A stretch of DNA of 64,000 nucleotides from Shigella phage SHSML-45, in sequence record KX130863. One strand, 5' to 3'. The number at the start of each line of letters is the position of its first letter. The stretch's first letter is position 1. The notes under the pieces were generated by a model. It had not been told where the DNA came from. It saw only the letters and a list, made by a program, of their open reading frames with translations, and searched no databases. Made by a program: the position numbers and the translations under genes. Shown here in pieces: positions 20,140 to 30,322 of the stretch.

Positions 20140-21456
20140 TTATTTACCACGGGAAATAGAGTAAATTCCATAGCGGAGCGCATCACAAAGGTGAGAGTTA
20201 GCATCATGACGTGGTTTTTCACGTGATAATTTCTCTTCACCCTCTTGGAAATCCCACTTATAGTTCTGCAATGCATGGATTAATGAGGAACATGAAGCAT
20301 CTACAATAATCTTGCCCTGCTGGAATAGTGCTTGCAAGCATGCTAGACCATCTAGGACAGATTTTTTAGCTGGAGCTGATGCAATTTCATGCTCATAAGC
20401 TAAGTCCTGTCGGAACTGGGCTGCTGCAGAGTCAACAAAAATACGATCAACTTTATAACGATCTATACAGTGCTGAATATAAGCAGCATGCTGAGCTGTA
20501 GTTTTCTCCGCCTGCTGGTACTCTTCTAGTACATAGTAAGTATCCGTGTCGTAATGATATTTAATAGTAAGAACTGCTGTAGGATCACGATAACCAACGT
20601 CAATACCAAGCAACGTTTCAAATGCTTCATCATCTTTAAAGAAGTGACGCATACCTTTGAGATCTTTAACATGATCTATAGCATTAAAGGTATCAAATAT
20701 CTGTCCTTCGAATACAGAGAAGTCAGCCTCGTATTCTTGGCGGAAGTAGTTTTTACTAACTGTACGACGTGCTTCCTCAATGTCATTCAGATCAGCACGT
20801 GGGTTATCACGATATGTACCATGAATAGATACCCAGTTAGGTAGTGTCTCGTTAAATCCTTTCTCATAAAACTCTTTGAACCAGTTACCACCACGAGGGG
20901 TAGAAATGAAAAGAGCCTTAGAGTTTGGTTTATCTAGGGTTGGACGAAGCTGAATATCGAATGCAGCACCACCAACGTCAGAGATTGCGGCTTCATCAAA
21001 GATGATGAAATCATAGGAACGACCAACTGCGGAGTCAGCCTGAGCAGCAGAAGCTAATTTGAACAGAGAACCGTTGGCCAGCTCAATTTCTTTATCTTTG
21101 GCATTCTCACGCTCAGTCTGCAATCCATATTTTTTAATTAGACCACGAATCTGTGACCAACCGATGTTTGCTAGTGAGTAGTTAGGTGCAACTACCAGCA
21201 CTTTTACATTAGGTTCTAGCAGTTTTAGGAACCCAAGTGTATATGCGATAAATGACTTACCTACACGACGTGATACACAAGCAGTTACGAAACGATGTCT
21301 AGGGTCTTCTAGGGCATTAATAATTGCTATTTGAGGACCATTAGGTGTAATACCTTCTTGTGCTAGTATTCCCGAAACAGGTAGACGAAAGAAACGCTTA
21401 TCTATTCCGAAATCAATAACATCTACTGTGTTAACATAGGGTCTTGACACTTCCAT
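20140..21456 (-). CDS. terminase large subunit (438 aa)
   Basis: Walker A-like VSRRVGKSF and Walker B-like FIIFDEAA motifs; nuclease-like C-terminal half; 438 aa as T5 TerL. Confidence 0.85.
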   Translation of the reverse strand: MEVSRPYVNTVDVIDFGIDKRFFRLPVSGILAQEGITPNGPQIAIINALEDPRHRFVTACVSRRVGKSFIAYTLGFLKLLEPNVKVLVVAPNYSLANIGWSQIRGLIKKYGLQTERENAKDKEIELANGSLFKLASAAQADSAVGRSYDFIIFDEAAISDVGGAAFDIQLRPTLDKPNSKALFISTPRGGNWFKEFYEKGFNETLPNWVSIHGTYRDNPRADLNDIEEARRTVSKNYFRQEYEADFSVFEGQIFDTFNAIDHVKDLKGMRHFFKDDEAFETLLGIDVGYRDPTAVLTIKYHYDTDTYYVLEEYQQAEKTTAQHAAYIQHCIDRYKVDRIFVDSAAAQFRQDLAYEHEIASAPAKKSVLDGLACLQALFQQGKIIVDASCSSLIHALQNYKWDFQEGEEKLSREKPRHDANSHLCDALRYGIYSISRGK

Positions 21457-21938
21457 TACTTCTTACCTCCAGTAGCTAGGGAAGTAATTAAGTCCATGTA
21501 GTTTTGATCCCCAGCTCCAGCAATAATATTATTCTGGATGTTAGTCTGATTAGCAGGAGCTCGAACGGCAGCTTTAGCTTTTTCTAACTCCACCATCATT
21601 TTCATTTCTTCCATCTTCATTTTGTGAGCTTTCCAGAGAATATCCATAATATCCTGGTCAGATCCCATACCCGTTTCTTCAAGTTCTTCCAGCTTACGCT
21701 TGATAACCTCATCAAGAACTCCAAACAACTTGTCACGGTTGCGGAACCCACTTTCCATAAAGATATCATTGAGGTAGTTCTTAACTTCCCCACGATTCAT
21801 AATATCCCTGAATGCAATTTCCGACATACCAAGACTACGGGCAGCCATGCGTACATCGCTACCGCACTGTAAATAAGCCTCGATTACATCCATGCCTTCA
21901 GGGGACATAAGATCTGGTACTAATACATCATTTGCCAT
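21456..21938 (-). CDS. terminase small subunit-like protein (160 aa)
   Basis: Small ORF directly upstream of and start-stop coupled to the large terminase gene; N-terminal HTH-like segment. Confidence 0.55.
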   Translation of the reverse strand: MANDVLVPDLMSPEGMDVIEAYLQCGSDVRMAARSLGMSEIAFRDIMNRGEVKNYLNDIFMESGFRNRDKLFGVLDEVIKRKLEELEETGMGSDQDIMDILWKAHKMKMEEMKMMVELEKAKAAVRAPANQTNIQNNIIAGAGDQNYMDLITSLATGGKK

Positions 21939-21948
21939 ATTTCCTCCT

Positions 21949-23706
21949 TTAGGTAAGGCGTTGAACTGTTACTCTTAGTCTAGGCAGGAAAACTGCACTA
22001 CCTAAACTCACGTGCATAACTACCCCTAGCTCTACATTTCCATTTCCCAGGTTTTTAACGGTGTATATAAAACTATTCCTGCTTAGAGCATTATTAGGGG
22101 TGTATCTAAAAGCTGCTGTAGTATGAAAAGGTACTAGGTAGCCCACAGGTAGCGTTAGAATCTGGTGGAATATTGCATCTCCATTACCATAACTATGCGC
22201 TTTTCTTCCTTGTACTTGAAACACCCTATCATTCCATGTATTAGCAGGAACACCTGCACAGTTAAGGTTACCGGATATAACTTCAGTAGTAAGAATAACT
22301 GTAGCATTACCGCCAGGGATACCTAACCCAATAGTTGATAAACCAACATACCTGTCGCCAGTTCCGGGATAGTAAGGAGTAATATCATCTCCCATATAAG
22401 AACTACCCACATTTCCACCAAAAAGTCGTAGTGGAACTGCTGAGGGTCCCCAAACAACTCCATGCTCATTACCAATAGTATTATCGTTAGAGTTTACATA
22501 CCACTGTTTACCTACTCCGAACTTATAAATGCTAATCTGTGATTTAGCTCCTCCATAATCTACAGGAGACCACAATCCTCCATTACTAGACCCTACAAGT
22601 TCACATCTTGCCGTGGTATCACCAAAAACTCCAGTATACGCTGCGTTATTTCCGATGAATTCCATATCTGGCCTATAGCCTAAGTTACCAAAAGCATTCT
22701 GGTTAATAAACTTATACCCGGTATTAGGGAGACTCACCCCTTTAATTATGAAATTAGAAGGAGATATAAGAATATCAGAACCAGTAAAGGGGTTGCCGGA
22801 AATACTCATACCACCATTCGAGTACCTTAAATTAAGAACATACCAAATAACCTTAGTAGGAGTTATATTATACCAATCCTGTATTACTGTAGGGTTGCCA
22901 GACTGATTGGCCAGATTAGTAGTAGACCCTCTACAAACAAATCTGTTCCCGCCGTCGTGGTACATAGTATTTACATTGCCTGGGAGCCCTTGTCTAACCC
23001 CACCATATCCACGTATATTAGAATTGCAGACATAAAACCAATCATGCCCTCTATGCGCTGCTCCTAGAGGCGACATCCATCCAGGATCCCAATAGTACGG
23101 GTTATTCCCATCTACAGGTACTGTGCTACTGTTAGTAGGAAACCCTAATTGTGCAAAAGCTTCTGCAACAGTAACACCTACAGGAGCTCCCGCACCAGGC
23201 CTAACTATACCATGGTAGGTACTATGTAACGTAGTACCACCTGTGCCACTCCTAGAGATAGATTCTTCGTGCCCTATCGAGGGGTTATAATTATAAGTTC
23301 CAGATGCGAGGCTGTTACCAAATGCAAATCCACTGGTTTGAGAAACACTAGCAAAAGATCTAAAGGGACCTGCTTGAGTAGCAACTATAGTTTGACCAAC
23401 TTTACTCTGAGTACCATTAAGAAAAGCCCTATGAGTACCATTAATCTCAATAGCAGTTAGTATAACTCTACCTGGGTCGTTGGATTTAATATTTATTATG
23501 TCAGAGGGCATCTGACAGACAAAAAACCCATTCCCGGCATCCCCTAATCCTGCCTCATAAGTACCATCAACTAGAACAAATGGCATATCACTATGAAAAA
23601 TACTATTATTATTTGGACTATAGTGACGATTAATGTCACCCCCAGATTCAGTATTTAAAGATAGTACGGTCTTACCATCGCTATATTTTCCAGCGAAAAA
23701 ACCCAT
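21949..23706 (-). CDS. receptor-binding protein pb5-like (585 aa)
   Basis: Gly/Asn/Thr-rich beta-type protein encoded divergently from a lipoprotein gene, the arrangement of T5 oad/llp; 585 aa (T5 pb5 is longer, suggesting a different receptor class). Confidence 0.65.
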   Translation of the reverse strand: MGFFAGKYSDGKTVLSLNTESGGDINRHYSPNNNSIFHSDMPFVLVDGTYEAGLGDAGNGFFVCQMPSDIINIKSNDPGRVILTAIEINGTHRAFLNGTQSKVGQTIVATQAGPFRSFASVSQTSGFAFGNSLASGTYNYNPSIGHEESISRSGTGGTTLHSTYHGIVRPGAGAPVGVTVAEAFAQLGFPTNSSTVPVDGNNPYYWDPGWMSPLGAAHRGHDWFYVCNSNIRGYGGVRQGLPGNVNTMYHDGGNRFVCRGSTTNLANQSGNPTVIQDWYNITPTKVIWYVLNLRYSNGGMSISGNPFTGSDILISPSNFIIKGVSLPNTGYKFINQNAFGNLGYRPDMEFIGNNAAYTGVFGDTTARCELVGSSNGGLWSPVDYGGAKSQISIYKFGVGKQWYVNSNDNTIGNEHGVVWGPSAVPLRLFGGNVGSSYMGDDITPYYPGTGDRYVGLSTIGLGIPGGNATVILTTEVISGNLNCAGVPANTWNDRVFQVQGRKAHSYGNGDAIFHQILTLPVGYLVPFHTTAAFRYTPNNALSRNSFIYTVKNLGNGNVELGVVMHVSLGSAVFLPRLRVTVQRLT

Positions 23707-23731
23707 ATAATCTCCTATTATAAAAATGTAT

Positions 23732-23760
23732 TTGCTTTCATCCCTCTATTTTGCTATAAT
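23732..23760 (+). promoter_or_regulatory. sigma70-type promoter for the Llp-like gene
   Basis: TTGCTT (23732-23737), 17-nt spacer, TATAAT (23755-23760), AT-rich upstream; GGAGAG RBS before ATG at 23792. Confidence 0.65.
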
Positions 23761-23791
23761 AAATTCATAAATTAGAAATGGAGAGATAAAT

Positions 23792-24058
23792 ATGAAAAAG
23801 TTTGTAATTGCACTAGTTGCCGCAGTTATGTTATCTGGTTGTGCACCTGCTCCCAAACCATTTTGTACTGGATTTGTAAAATCTTTTGGAGGTGCCGGAG
23901 AAGAACATTACGGCCTCAAGGTTCAAAAAGTTCGTATTAAGGGAGATCGCTTTCCAGTAGTACAGCTCCGTACTAAGTTTGGGTGGTGGGATCTCAGTCA
24001 GTTTGACCTTAAATACGGTGATTGTAAATTTAAACTAGAGCAATCTAATTACTTGTAA
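23792..24058 (+). CDS. llp: lipoprotein Llp-like (lytic conversion / receptor-blocking), 88 aa
   Basis: Signal peptide plus lipobox (VMLSGC) at the N-terminus; encoded divergently beside the receptor-binding protein gene. Confidence 0.65.
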   Translation: MKKFVIALVAAVMLSGCAPAPKPFCTGFVKSFGGAGEEHYGLKVQKVRIKGDRFPVVQLRTKFGWWDLSQFDLKYGDCKFKLEQSNYL

Positions 24059-24235
24059 TTAGTATAAAGCAAAAAGACATCCAAGTAAACTAAATTTTTT
24101 ATTTCTTGGACGGTATACTGGCAGAAAACACTACATAAGAAAAGTAGAAGTCCTTCTAGGAGTTCACAGGCACGGTTGGTTATGCCCAAATTATAAAATA
24201 TTTTAAAATACCACATTTATAGGAGCATGAAAGAT

Positions 24236-24364
24236 ATGTCAAACAAAAGAAAGAGCAGACGTGGAGAAGTGTACGATAGCTGGATTAATAGCTTTGGATT
24301 CGGAACTATCCTATTCTTTATTTTCGTAGGTTTTTGGTTAGCAGCTATGGCGGGGTGGATTTAA
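24236..24364 (+). CDS. small membrane protein (42 aa)
   Basis: AGGAG RBS before ATG; basic N-terminus then hydrophobic helix (GTILFFIFVGFWLAAMAGWI); below the ORF-track size cutoff. Confidence 0.45.
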   Translation: MSNKRKSRRGEVYDSWINSFGFGTILFFIFVGFWLAAMAGWI

Positions 24365-24471
24365 TGGAATGGGTAATTATTGCATTACTAGGGATTGTGA
24401 TTATCGGGCAATGTATTTTAGATATTCACTTAGCTAGAATTGAAACTTTATTACTGGAGAAGCGTAAATGA
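24364..24471 (+). CDS. small membrane protein (35 aa)
   Basis: ATG overlaps the preceding stop (TAATG); hydrophobic N-terminus MEWVIIALLGIVIIG. Confidence 0.4.
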   Translation: MEWVIIALLGIVIIGQCILDIHLARIETLLLEKRK

Positions 24472-24662
24472 TGGAAGTAGTAGCTACATTAATAGTATTA
24501 GTAGTTTGGGCAGCTTTCATTATTTCTTACACCGCGTATGTTCGCCTAAAAACTCTAGAAGCTCAGGTAAAACAGCAACAATTTGCTATAGAAAAAGTAG
24601 TAGAACTGCAACGTTGTGATAGTACCCGTATTCTGCAAATTGAGAGGGAATTAGATGTTTAG
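24468..24662 (+). CDS. small membrane protein (64 aa)
   Basis: ATGA start/stop overlap with the upstream ORF; one predicted TM helix then charged tail. Confidence 0.5.
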   Translation: MMEVVATLIVLVVWAAFIISYTAYVRLKTLEAQVKQQQFAIEKVVELQRCDSTRILQIERELDV

Positions 24663-24900
24663 TATTATAATTGCTTTTATTATCGGGGTAATCGCGGGAG
24701 TTTTCGGAATGACTGCGGCTATTAACAAGCATCGTAAGTATACTGCGGAAGTATCGCGGGAGATTGCGGAAAGGGAGCGGAAGTTTGAAGAGAAACGTGC
24801 GGAGTTTGAGCGGGAGTGGAATGATGGTTCTCGGGCGTCGCGGAAGAGATTTCGTGAGTTTAGACCTGAACATAGGTTTGATGACCCTTCTATGCGCTAA
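24655..24900 (+). CDS. small membrane protein with Arg/Glu-rich tail (81 aa)
   Basis: Overlaps the upstream ORF; N-terminal TM helix (IIIAFIIGVIAGVFGMTAAI), highly charged C-terminus. Confidence 0.5.
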   Translation: MFSIIIAFIIGVIAGVFGMTAAINKHRKYTAEVSREIAERERKFEEKRAEFEREWNDGSRASRKRFREFRPEHRFDDPSMR

Positions 24901-24942
24901 TTGGGAAATCTCGAAATTTCATAAGATTACACATGGGGGTTC

Positions 24943-25482
24943 ATGGTGAAGAATAATCTAAATATACAGGAAATACAAGAAGTATTTGCTTATGATCCCG
25001 AAACTGGAGTTTTTACCTGGAAAAGAGGCAATCGTAAGGGTAAAGAAGCAGGTACTTTAAATAGGGGATATAGGCAGCTTAAGTATCGAGGGTTTAAAGC
25101 TTATGCACATCAAGTAGCTTTTGTTATTATGGAGAATAGATGGCCAGCGGAATGTGTAGACCACATAGATAGGAATAAACTAAATAATAGATGGTCAAAT
25201 TTAAGAGAGGCTTCAATTACAGAGAATAATCATAATGGCAGAATCTCAAGAGCATCATCAGGCTATCTAAATGTTACATGGCATAAAGAACTTCAGAAGT
25301 GGATGGTAAGATTACATGATAAACAGGGGCTGATAAGGGGTACTACTAAGTACTTTCCCTATAGCGGATTAGAAGATGCCGTAAATTATGCAAATTTACT
25401 AAGAAGGACATTTCATGGTGACTTTGCAATACAGGAGATGTTCAAAGGAAGTATACCAGACGTTGCCCAATTAAACAGTTAA
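24943..25482 (+). CDS. HNH homing endonuclease (179 aa)
   Basis: Motif AHQVAFVIMENRWPAECVDHIDRNKLNNRWSNLREAS typical of phage HNH homing endonucleases; paralogs throughout the window. Confidence 0.75.
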   Translation: MVKNNLNIQEIQEVFAYDPETGVFTWKRGNRKGKEAGTLNRGYRQLKYRGFKAYAHQVAFVIMENRWPAECVDHIDRNKLNNRWSNLREASITENNHNGRISRASSGYLNVTWHKELQKWMVRLHDKQGLIRGTTKYFPYSGLEDAVNYANLLRRTFHGDFAIQEMFKGSIPDVAQLNS

Positions 25483-25529
25483 TTAGCGCTAAAATGACTT
25501 TTGCCAAATTCTTTGGATTACGTACGCGT

Positions 25530-25550
25530 GGGTGGGTGCAGTGGGTTGGG
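25530..25550 (+). other. G-quadruplex-type motif
   Basis: Four GGG tracts with short loops (GGGTGGGTGCAGTGGGTTGGG) in an intergenic region. Confidence 0.4.
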
Positions 25551-25603
25551 CGAAAATACTTAGTCTGCTAACCGCCACCCCCGTTACTATTACCATGCTA
25601 ACT

Positions 25604-25640
25604 GTTTCATCCTGCAACCATTTTAATTGCAGGATGAAAC
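25604..25640. terminator. perfect 14-bp stem hairpin between convergent genes
   Basis: GTTTCATCCTGCAA...TTGCAGGATGAAAC followed on the plus strand by a T-rich stretch; lies between the plus-strand HNH gene and the minus-strand dmp-like gene. Confidence 0.5.
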
Positions 25641-25657
25641 TATTTCAACTTTAATTA

Positions 25658-26392
25658 TTACGCGACTTTTAGTTTCTCAATATATTGTTGCGGGCTGCAA
25701 CTATATTCTGCGCGTTCTTCCTCGGTCATACTTTCCCAACATAATTGCAGGCGGTCGGCTAGGAATTGATAATCATTATCATCGTCGAGCGATTCATCAA
25801 TAAAGGTTTCACCTATCAATGTAACCCCAATCGATAGAATATCGTTAATAGCTTGCGCGTCCAGCGTTTTAAATCCGTATGACGCCGCCGCTGATAGCAC
25901 GCCTTTATGATCATCAATCATCGTAAAATCAGCGTTTGGATATAGCTGTTTAAATAATTCAAAATAATAAGATTTATATACCGCGTCCTTACTGTGGTAT
26001 ATCTCGCTAACTTTATCAGCCTCAAAATATTTGTGTAGTGTATCACGGGAAAACACGCGGATATTACTATCACCACGACCGCGCAACCCTTGTTTACGCA
26101 AATAATAATAGTCCGACTTGCTCATTAGTCGAGCGGTGCAAATAATGTTTAAAGTATTTGCGTCATTCATGCACTGGCGCATATATGTAACAAGGGGCAA
26201 TAGTGTATCTTGCATTATTAAATCATGTTTGCAGGCTTCATTTTTATACTTATTTAAATCTAAATTGCCCTCGCTATCAAAGCAAGGCGCTACACGATGA
26301 AACGAATTAACGATAGTGCCGTCCAGATCCCAGATCATGACGCGGGAAATATGCGGGAAATTACGGGTAATATTCGTTTTAACTTGATTCAT
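25658..26392 (-). CDS. dmp: 5-prime-deoxyribonucleotidase Dmp-like (HAD superfamily), 244 aa
   Basis: N-terminal HAD motif IWDLDGT; 244 aa as T5 Dmp; adjacent to the A1-like gene. Confidence 0.6.
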   Translation of the reverse strand: MNQVKTNITRNFPHISRVMIWDLDGTIVNSFHRVAPCFDSEGNLDLNKYKNEACKHDLIMQDTLLPLVTYMRQCMNDANTLNIICTARLMSKSDYYYLRKQGLRGRGDSNIRVFSRDTLHKYFEADKVSEIYHSKDAVYKSYYFELFKQLYPNADFTMIDDHKGVLSAAASYGFKTLDAQAINDILSIGVTLIGETFIDESLDDDNDYQFLADRLQLCWESMTEEERAEYSCSPQQYIEKLKVA

Positions 26393-26420
26393 TTTATTAC
26401 GTTCTCCATTTGAGGGATTA

Positions 26421-26454
26421 GATTAATTCAGCATTACCCGCTAGTAAATAGCGG
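26421..26454. promoter_or_regulatory. conserved palindromic motif upstream of the dmp-like gene
   Basis: CATTACCCGCTAGTAAATAGCGGGTAATAATAAA with an 8-bp inverted repeat; related copy at 30323-30352. Confidence 0.5.
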
Positions 26455-26472
26455 GTAATAATAAATTAACTA

Positions 26473-26865
26473 TTAAAGGCCATACGCAAGCGCGTCAGCG
26501 ATAAAACTAACATCCTCACCTGATACATAGGAACGAATACCCGCACAAGTATATACTTTTGCACTCATCAATTGATCATCTAGGCAAGCGGGGCAAGGCG
26601 CAACCACTGCGAAAGCTAAACCGGATTTTACCGCGTCGATGATAGTCGTTTCTTGTTTCATCGTGTCAACATAAACGCCTGCGGCCTTAATGTAACTACT
26701 TGCGCGGCCTTGCGTATAGGCGAAAGTAGTGATCTGTAAAGCGTCGTTAAATTCGATTAAATCATCGACAACATGCCCCGCCTCGACGTGATAACGTTCG
26801 CCATTAGAATAAACCAGAACAATAGAAGATTGAGCGCGGTCAAATGGAATATTTTGCTTTTTCAT
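26473..26865 (-). CDS. hypothetical pre-early protein (130 aa)
   Basis: ORF with RBS, GC-richer codon usage like neighbours; no recognisable motif. Confidence 0.45.
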   Translation of the reverse strand: MKKQNIPFDRAQSSIVLVYSNGERYHVEAGHVVDDLIEFNDALQITTFAYTQGRASSYIKAAGVYVDTMKQETTIIDAVKSGLAFAVVAPCPACLDDQLMSAKVYTCAGIRSYVSGEDVSFIADALAYGL

Positions 26866-26886
26866 ATTTATATAACTCCAATTAGT

Positions 26887-27396
26887 TTAATAAGGGATAT
26901 TAAATTCTTTACACTTTGATTTAACCCATTCTAAAAGAATAGATAAATCATAATTGCCTTTTGAAACATATTTATTTGTTATAGGGTTTTTAATTTTTGC
27001 CCTGTAATATTCTCCCGCTATGGGATCAACTTTATCAAGATAAATATATTTCGGTAGTTTATTACGCCTTTTATAATCACTCTTATTTGTCATATTAACA
27101 GCATGAGTAACTAGGCGTAAATTATTTATATCGTTGTTAACGGGGTAAGAAATTATTTTATGATCTATATCTAAATCAGGGTTAATTTCTTTATTAAATA
27201 AAACCCAAATTAAACGATGAGCTTTATATAATTCACCATTAATCATTACATCATAATAGCCTGTCTGATTTAATGTTCCCGCTACACTTCCAGCTTTCAC
27301 ACCGGGCTTACTTATTTTCCATCGTAAAAATGATGGGCTAGATTCATCATAATAAACATTCTCGTTAACTTCATTAAAATCTATTTCTTTTGCCAT
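26887..27396 (-). CDS. HNH homing endonuclease (169 aa)
   Basis: Motif YKAHRLIWVLFNKEINPDLDIDHKI...NLRLVTHAVN shared with other HNH paralogs. Confidence 0.7.
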   Translation of the reverse strand: MAKEIDFNEVNENVYYDESSPSFLRWKISKPGVKAGSVAGTLNQTGYYDVMINGELYKAHRLIWVLFNKEINPDLDIDHKIISYPVNNDINNLRLVTHAVNMTNKSDYKRRNKLPKYIYLDKVDPIAGEYYRAKIKNPITNKYVSKGNYDLSILLEWVKSKCKEFNIPY

Positions 27397-27466
27397 TTAT
27401 AATCCTCCAATTAATATTGTCTCACTAATTGGAGGATTTAGGCAAATAAGATTTTAATTTATTGGC

Positions 27467-29134
27467 TTACTGTACAAAAAATTTACCGTTTTTAAAGTCA
27501 ATCAAAGTGCGCTGACCGTTTGCATAGGTAATAATATGCGTTTGCGTCCAGCTTGACGCGCCAACGTTGTAGCCCATATCAAGCGACCCCGCCACGCCAG
27601 CGGTATAAACGCCGCCGTAAATGCTAGCCGTATGAGTATGACCAGTGTTAAGGCGTCCCAACTTTTTAAACTGCTTAGGATTGCCCCGACTGCCGTTAAT
27701 GCCATTGTGACCGTGTACGCCGCATTCAATGCCAGCGATTTTAAATGATTGGTCTGTCGTCAGGAAAATAGCGTTAAATTCGCAACCTGCGACACTACGC
27801 AAGGCGTAATCTAGAACGTTAAAGGTATCATCCTTTTCAGCAATAGCGGCGTAAATCGCGGCATTTAGACGGTGATACAATTCCGCGTTTGCGGGATCGT
27901 CTTTAATGTTTGCGTTACGATCATCTAGCCAGCGTGAAAGAGCTAAATCGTGATTCGATTCAACAATAATTGTCTGCGAAAAATCGCGTTCCATTGACTC
28001 CAGCACGCGTCCAGTATCGATAAGATCATCCAGAACTTTATCACGTCCGGCGGCGTACTGTTTAGCAAGGAATACACCACTTGCGCGGTTATGATGATTG
28101 CGCGATGTAAAATCATGCACATCATGAATAAACTGATATTTCGGTTTAAGAATATCAAGCAAGCTGTTTTCACTAGCCCATGACGCAGCGGCGCAATCAT
28201 CATCTAATTTTTCGGCGTGAATATCGCCATATTGCAAGCCTAGAACATGATCGGATGTTTCAAAACATCCGGTAGGCATAGCGCAAACATTCAAATCGTA
28301 GAACATGCCGCTTTCGTCCATTGTTTCAAGCTGGCGGCAATAAAATTCTCCGTCGTCGTCAAATTCTACTAGCAAAGCGCCGAAATTATGTAAAGCCTCG
28401 GCCTTTTGCCCTGCTTTCTGCTGAATGTAGTTTTTAAGCGTAGCCGTTCCGGTTGAGTACATACGGCGCACTACTTCACCTTTTAACGCTGGCACACTTT
28501 CAGCGGTGATTTTAGCATGACCGATTGCCAGACCTTCAATATTTAAAGCCGTGGCGGTTTCTGCGAATCCTGAAAGCGGATAATCTGCCGTTGGTAAAAC
28601 GTTAATTTCAGCCATGAAAGCAAAGCGGCGATTATTCAGGAAAACATTTTTATCGCAAATATATTTATCGAAAGCTGAATCATATTTGATTCCTTCGCTA
28701 CCTTCGCCGTTTTGGAATCCATTTTTATTATAAATGAATTTACTAACCAGCAATTCAGCACCGATATATTCAGCGAATTTTTCCAGACTTGCTAAAAAGT
28801 TTTTATGCGGGAAAGTATTATTTTGAATCGACGTTAGAATAAAACGGCGACCGGATTTAACTTCCCATTGTTCGACGGTACTAGAAACAATCCCCGCCGC
28901 TTCGGGGCGATCATCATTTTTAATCGCCTTTTCAGCTTTTGCCGCTTTCGGTTTCGCTGGCTTATTTGCTTCCAACCAGTCACAAATTGCGGTCGAATGT
29001 TTCGGCGTATCATAAACAGCTTTTGAAATATCGTCGCAAACTTCCAATTTAGTAGCGCGTAAACGCTTACCGTAGAAGTTAAAATCTGCGGCCATTTTCA
29101 AAATTTGAGCTTGTTTTTCTGCGGAAATAACCAT
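27467..29134 (-). CDS. A1: A1-like pre-early protein, metallophosphoesterase-type (555 aa)
   Basis: 555 aa (T5 A1 is about this size); C-terminal His-rich metal-binding motifs (GHNGINGSRGNP...GHTHTASIYGG); sits between dmp-like and A2-sized genes. Confidence 0.6.
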   Translation of the reverse strand: MVISAEKQAQILKMAADFNFYGKRLRATKLEVCDDISKAVYDTPKHSTAICDWLEANKPAKPKAAKAEKAIKNDDRPEAAGIVSSTVEQWEVKSGRRFILTSIQNNTFPHKNFLASLEKFAEYIGAELLVSKFIYNKNGFQNGEGSEGIKYDSAFDKYICDKNVFLNNRRFAFMAEINVLPTADYPLSGFAETATALNIEGLAIGHAKITAESVPALKGEVVRRMYSTGTATLKNYIQQKAGQKAEALHNFGALLVEFDDDGEFYCRQLETMDESGMFYDLNVCAMPTGCFETSDHVLGLQYGDIHAEKLDDDCAAASWASENSLLDILKPKYQFIHDVHDFTSRNHHNRASGVFLAKQYAAGRDKVLDDLIDTGRVLESMERDFSQTIIVESNHDLALSRWLDDRNANIKDDPANAELYHRLNAAIYAAIAEKDDTFNVLDYALRSVAGCEFNAIFLTTDQSFKIAGIECGVHGHNGINGSRGNPKQFKKLGRLNTGHTHTASIYGGVYTAGVAGSLDMGYNVGASSWTQTHIITYANGQRTLIDFKNGKFFVQ

Positions 29135-29230
29135 GATAATAAAACTCCGTTAAAGGGATTAAAAACTTTTGTTATTGGCAATATTGCCAGATATAACGCC
29201 TTGAATAATAGGCGTTATAATTTGCAACAT

Positions 29231-29428
29231 TTAACTAATCGGCATTAGGCTAGAACTAACACCACAAGCAACGGCGGCAATAAAACAAAGTAAGCCCAAA
29301 CGCTTAGCTAATTTAGATTTACGTTTAAAATAATATGAATCTAAATCATTTTGAAAATAAGCGAACAATAATGAGGCCGCCATAATAAATAAGCCTAGAA
29401 TTAAAGATTCAGTAGGAAAGAAAATCAT
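29231..29428 (-). CDS. small membrane protein (65 aa)
   Basis: Two hydrophobic helices flanking a basic loop (KRKSKLAKR). Confidence 0.4.
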   Translation of the reverse strand: MIFFPTESLILGLFIMAASLLFAYFQNDLDSYYFKRKSKLAKRLGLLCFIAAVACGVSSSLMPIS

Positions 29429-29517
29429 TTTTAAAACTCCTGATTTAAGGGAAGAAAATAACTATCGCTAAACAGTTATATTATTGCCCTCCCACTAGGA
29501 AGGGCAAGGTATAACTA

Positions 29518-29934
29518 TTATTCACCTGCGGCTTGTTTTACTTCATCGGCAACGCCTAACAGTTGCGCCACGGCGTCCAGTGTTTCCAATTTTGCACTTT
29601 CCAGTGATGCCAGATCGTCAACGTCTTTGATAATGCCTGAATCGATGGCATGTTTTGCAATAACACGCACATAATGCGCTTTACGGATGGAACTACCACC
29701 GCCAACTTTACGCGGCTTATCGCTTTTCTGATACGCTTTCGCGCTGGTCAATTTTGAGCGAACAGACACGGGGGAGGCCGCGCCAACTGTTTTCGCAATT
29801 TCTTTCAGGCCGTCGCTGTTGGCGAACTCTAATCCGTTTTCATTAATTAGCTGTTGATACATGGTAACAGCCTGCTGGGTGTTTTCTTCATTCCAAGCAA
29901 ATTTTGCGGTTTTTTCGGTTTTAACGTTAGCCAT
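29518..29934 (-). CDS. A2-like pre-early protein (138 aa)
   Basis: Size and position immediately upstream of the A1-like gene match T5 A2; basic central region. Weak assignment. Confidence 0.4.
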   Translation of the reverse strand: MANVKTEKTAKFAWNEENTQQAVTMYQQLINENGLEFANSDGLKEIAKTVGAASPVSVRSKLTSAKAYQKSDKPRKVGGGSSIRKAHYVRVIAKHAIDSGIIKDVDDLASLESAKLETLDAVAQLLGVADEVKQAAGE

Positions 29935-30035
29935 GATTGTAACTCCTATCGATTTAATTTAAGGGATAAGATTAACATAATGTTAATCGTTATATACCCC
30001 GAACTACTGGGGTATATAAAAGTAACACTATAAAC

Positions 30036-30287
30036 TTATGCTACAGCTTCCCATTTTTCATTGCGCTGGGCAACCTTTACAACGTCGCCGGATTTAACCC
30101 GAACGTTATAAACGGTTTTCCCGTTGTTACTCCGTTCCGTTTCAGCGTATACCGCATCAATTACATCAAACGGCATAAGCGCCGCGCCTTTAATGCGCTC
30201 GGCCTTTCCGGTTAATTCGTCCGTTTTAGTAACGAAAGGAATAAAAACGGATTGACCAATTTTTGGCGCATTAGTAACGTTTTTCAT
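30036..30287 (-). CDS. hypothetical protein (83 aa)
   Basis: ORF preceded by a conserved palindromic upstream motif also found before the dmp-like gene. Confidence 0.45.
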   Translation of the reverse strand: MKNVTNAPKIGQSVFIPFVTKTDELTGKAERIKGAALMPFDVIDAVYAETERSNNGKTVYNVRVKSGDVVKVAQRNEKWEAVA

Positions 30288-30322
30288 GGTATAAACTCCA
30301 ATTTATTCAGTGGATTGTTCCG

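Noticed and set aside
27502-28203. Minus-strand ORFs of 75 and 86 aa inside the A1-like gene
   Set aside because: Alternative frames nested within the 555-aa A1-like ORF; no independent start signals.
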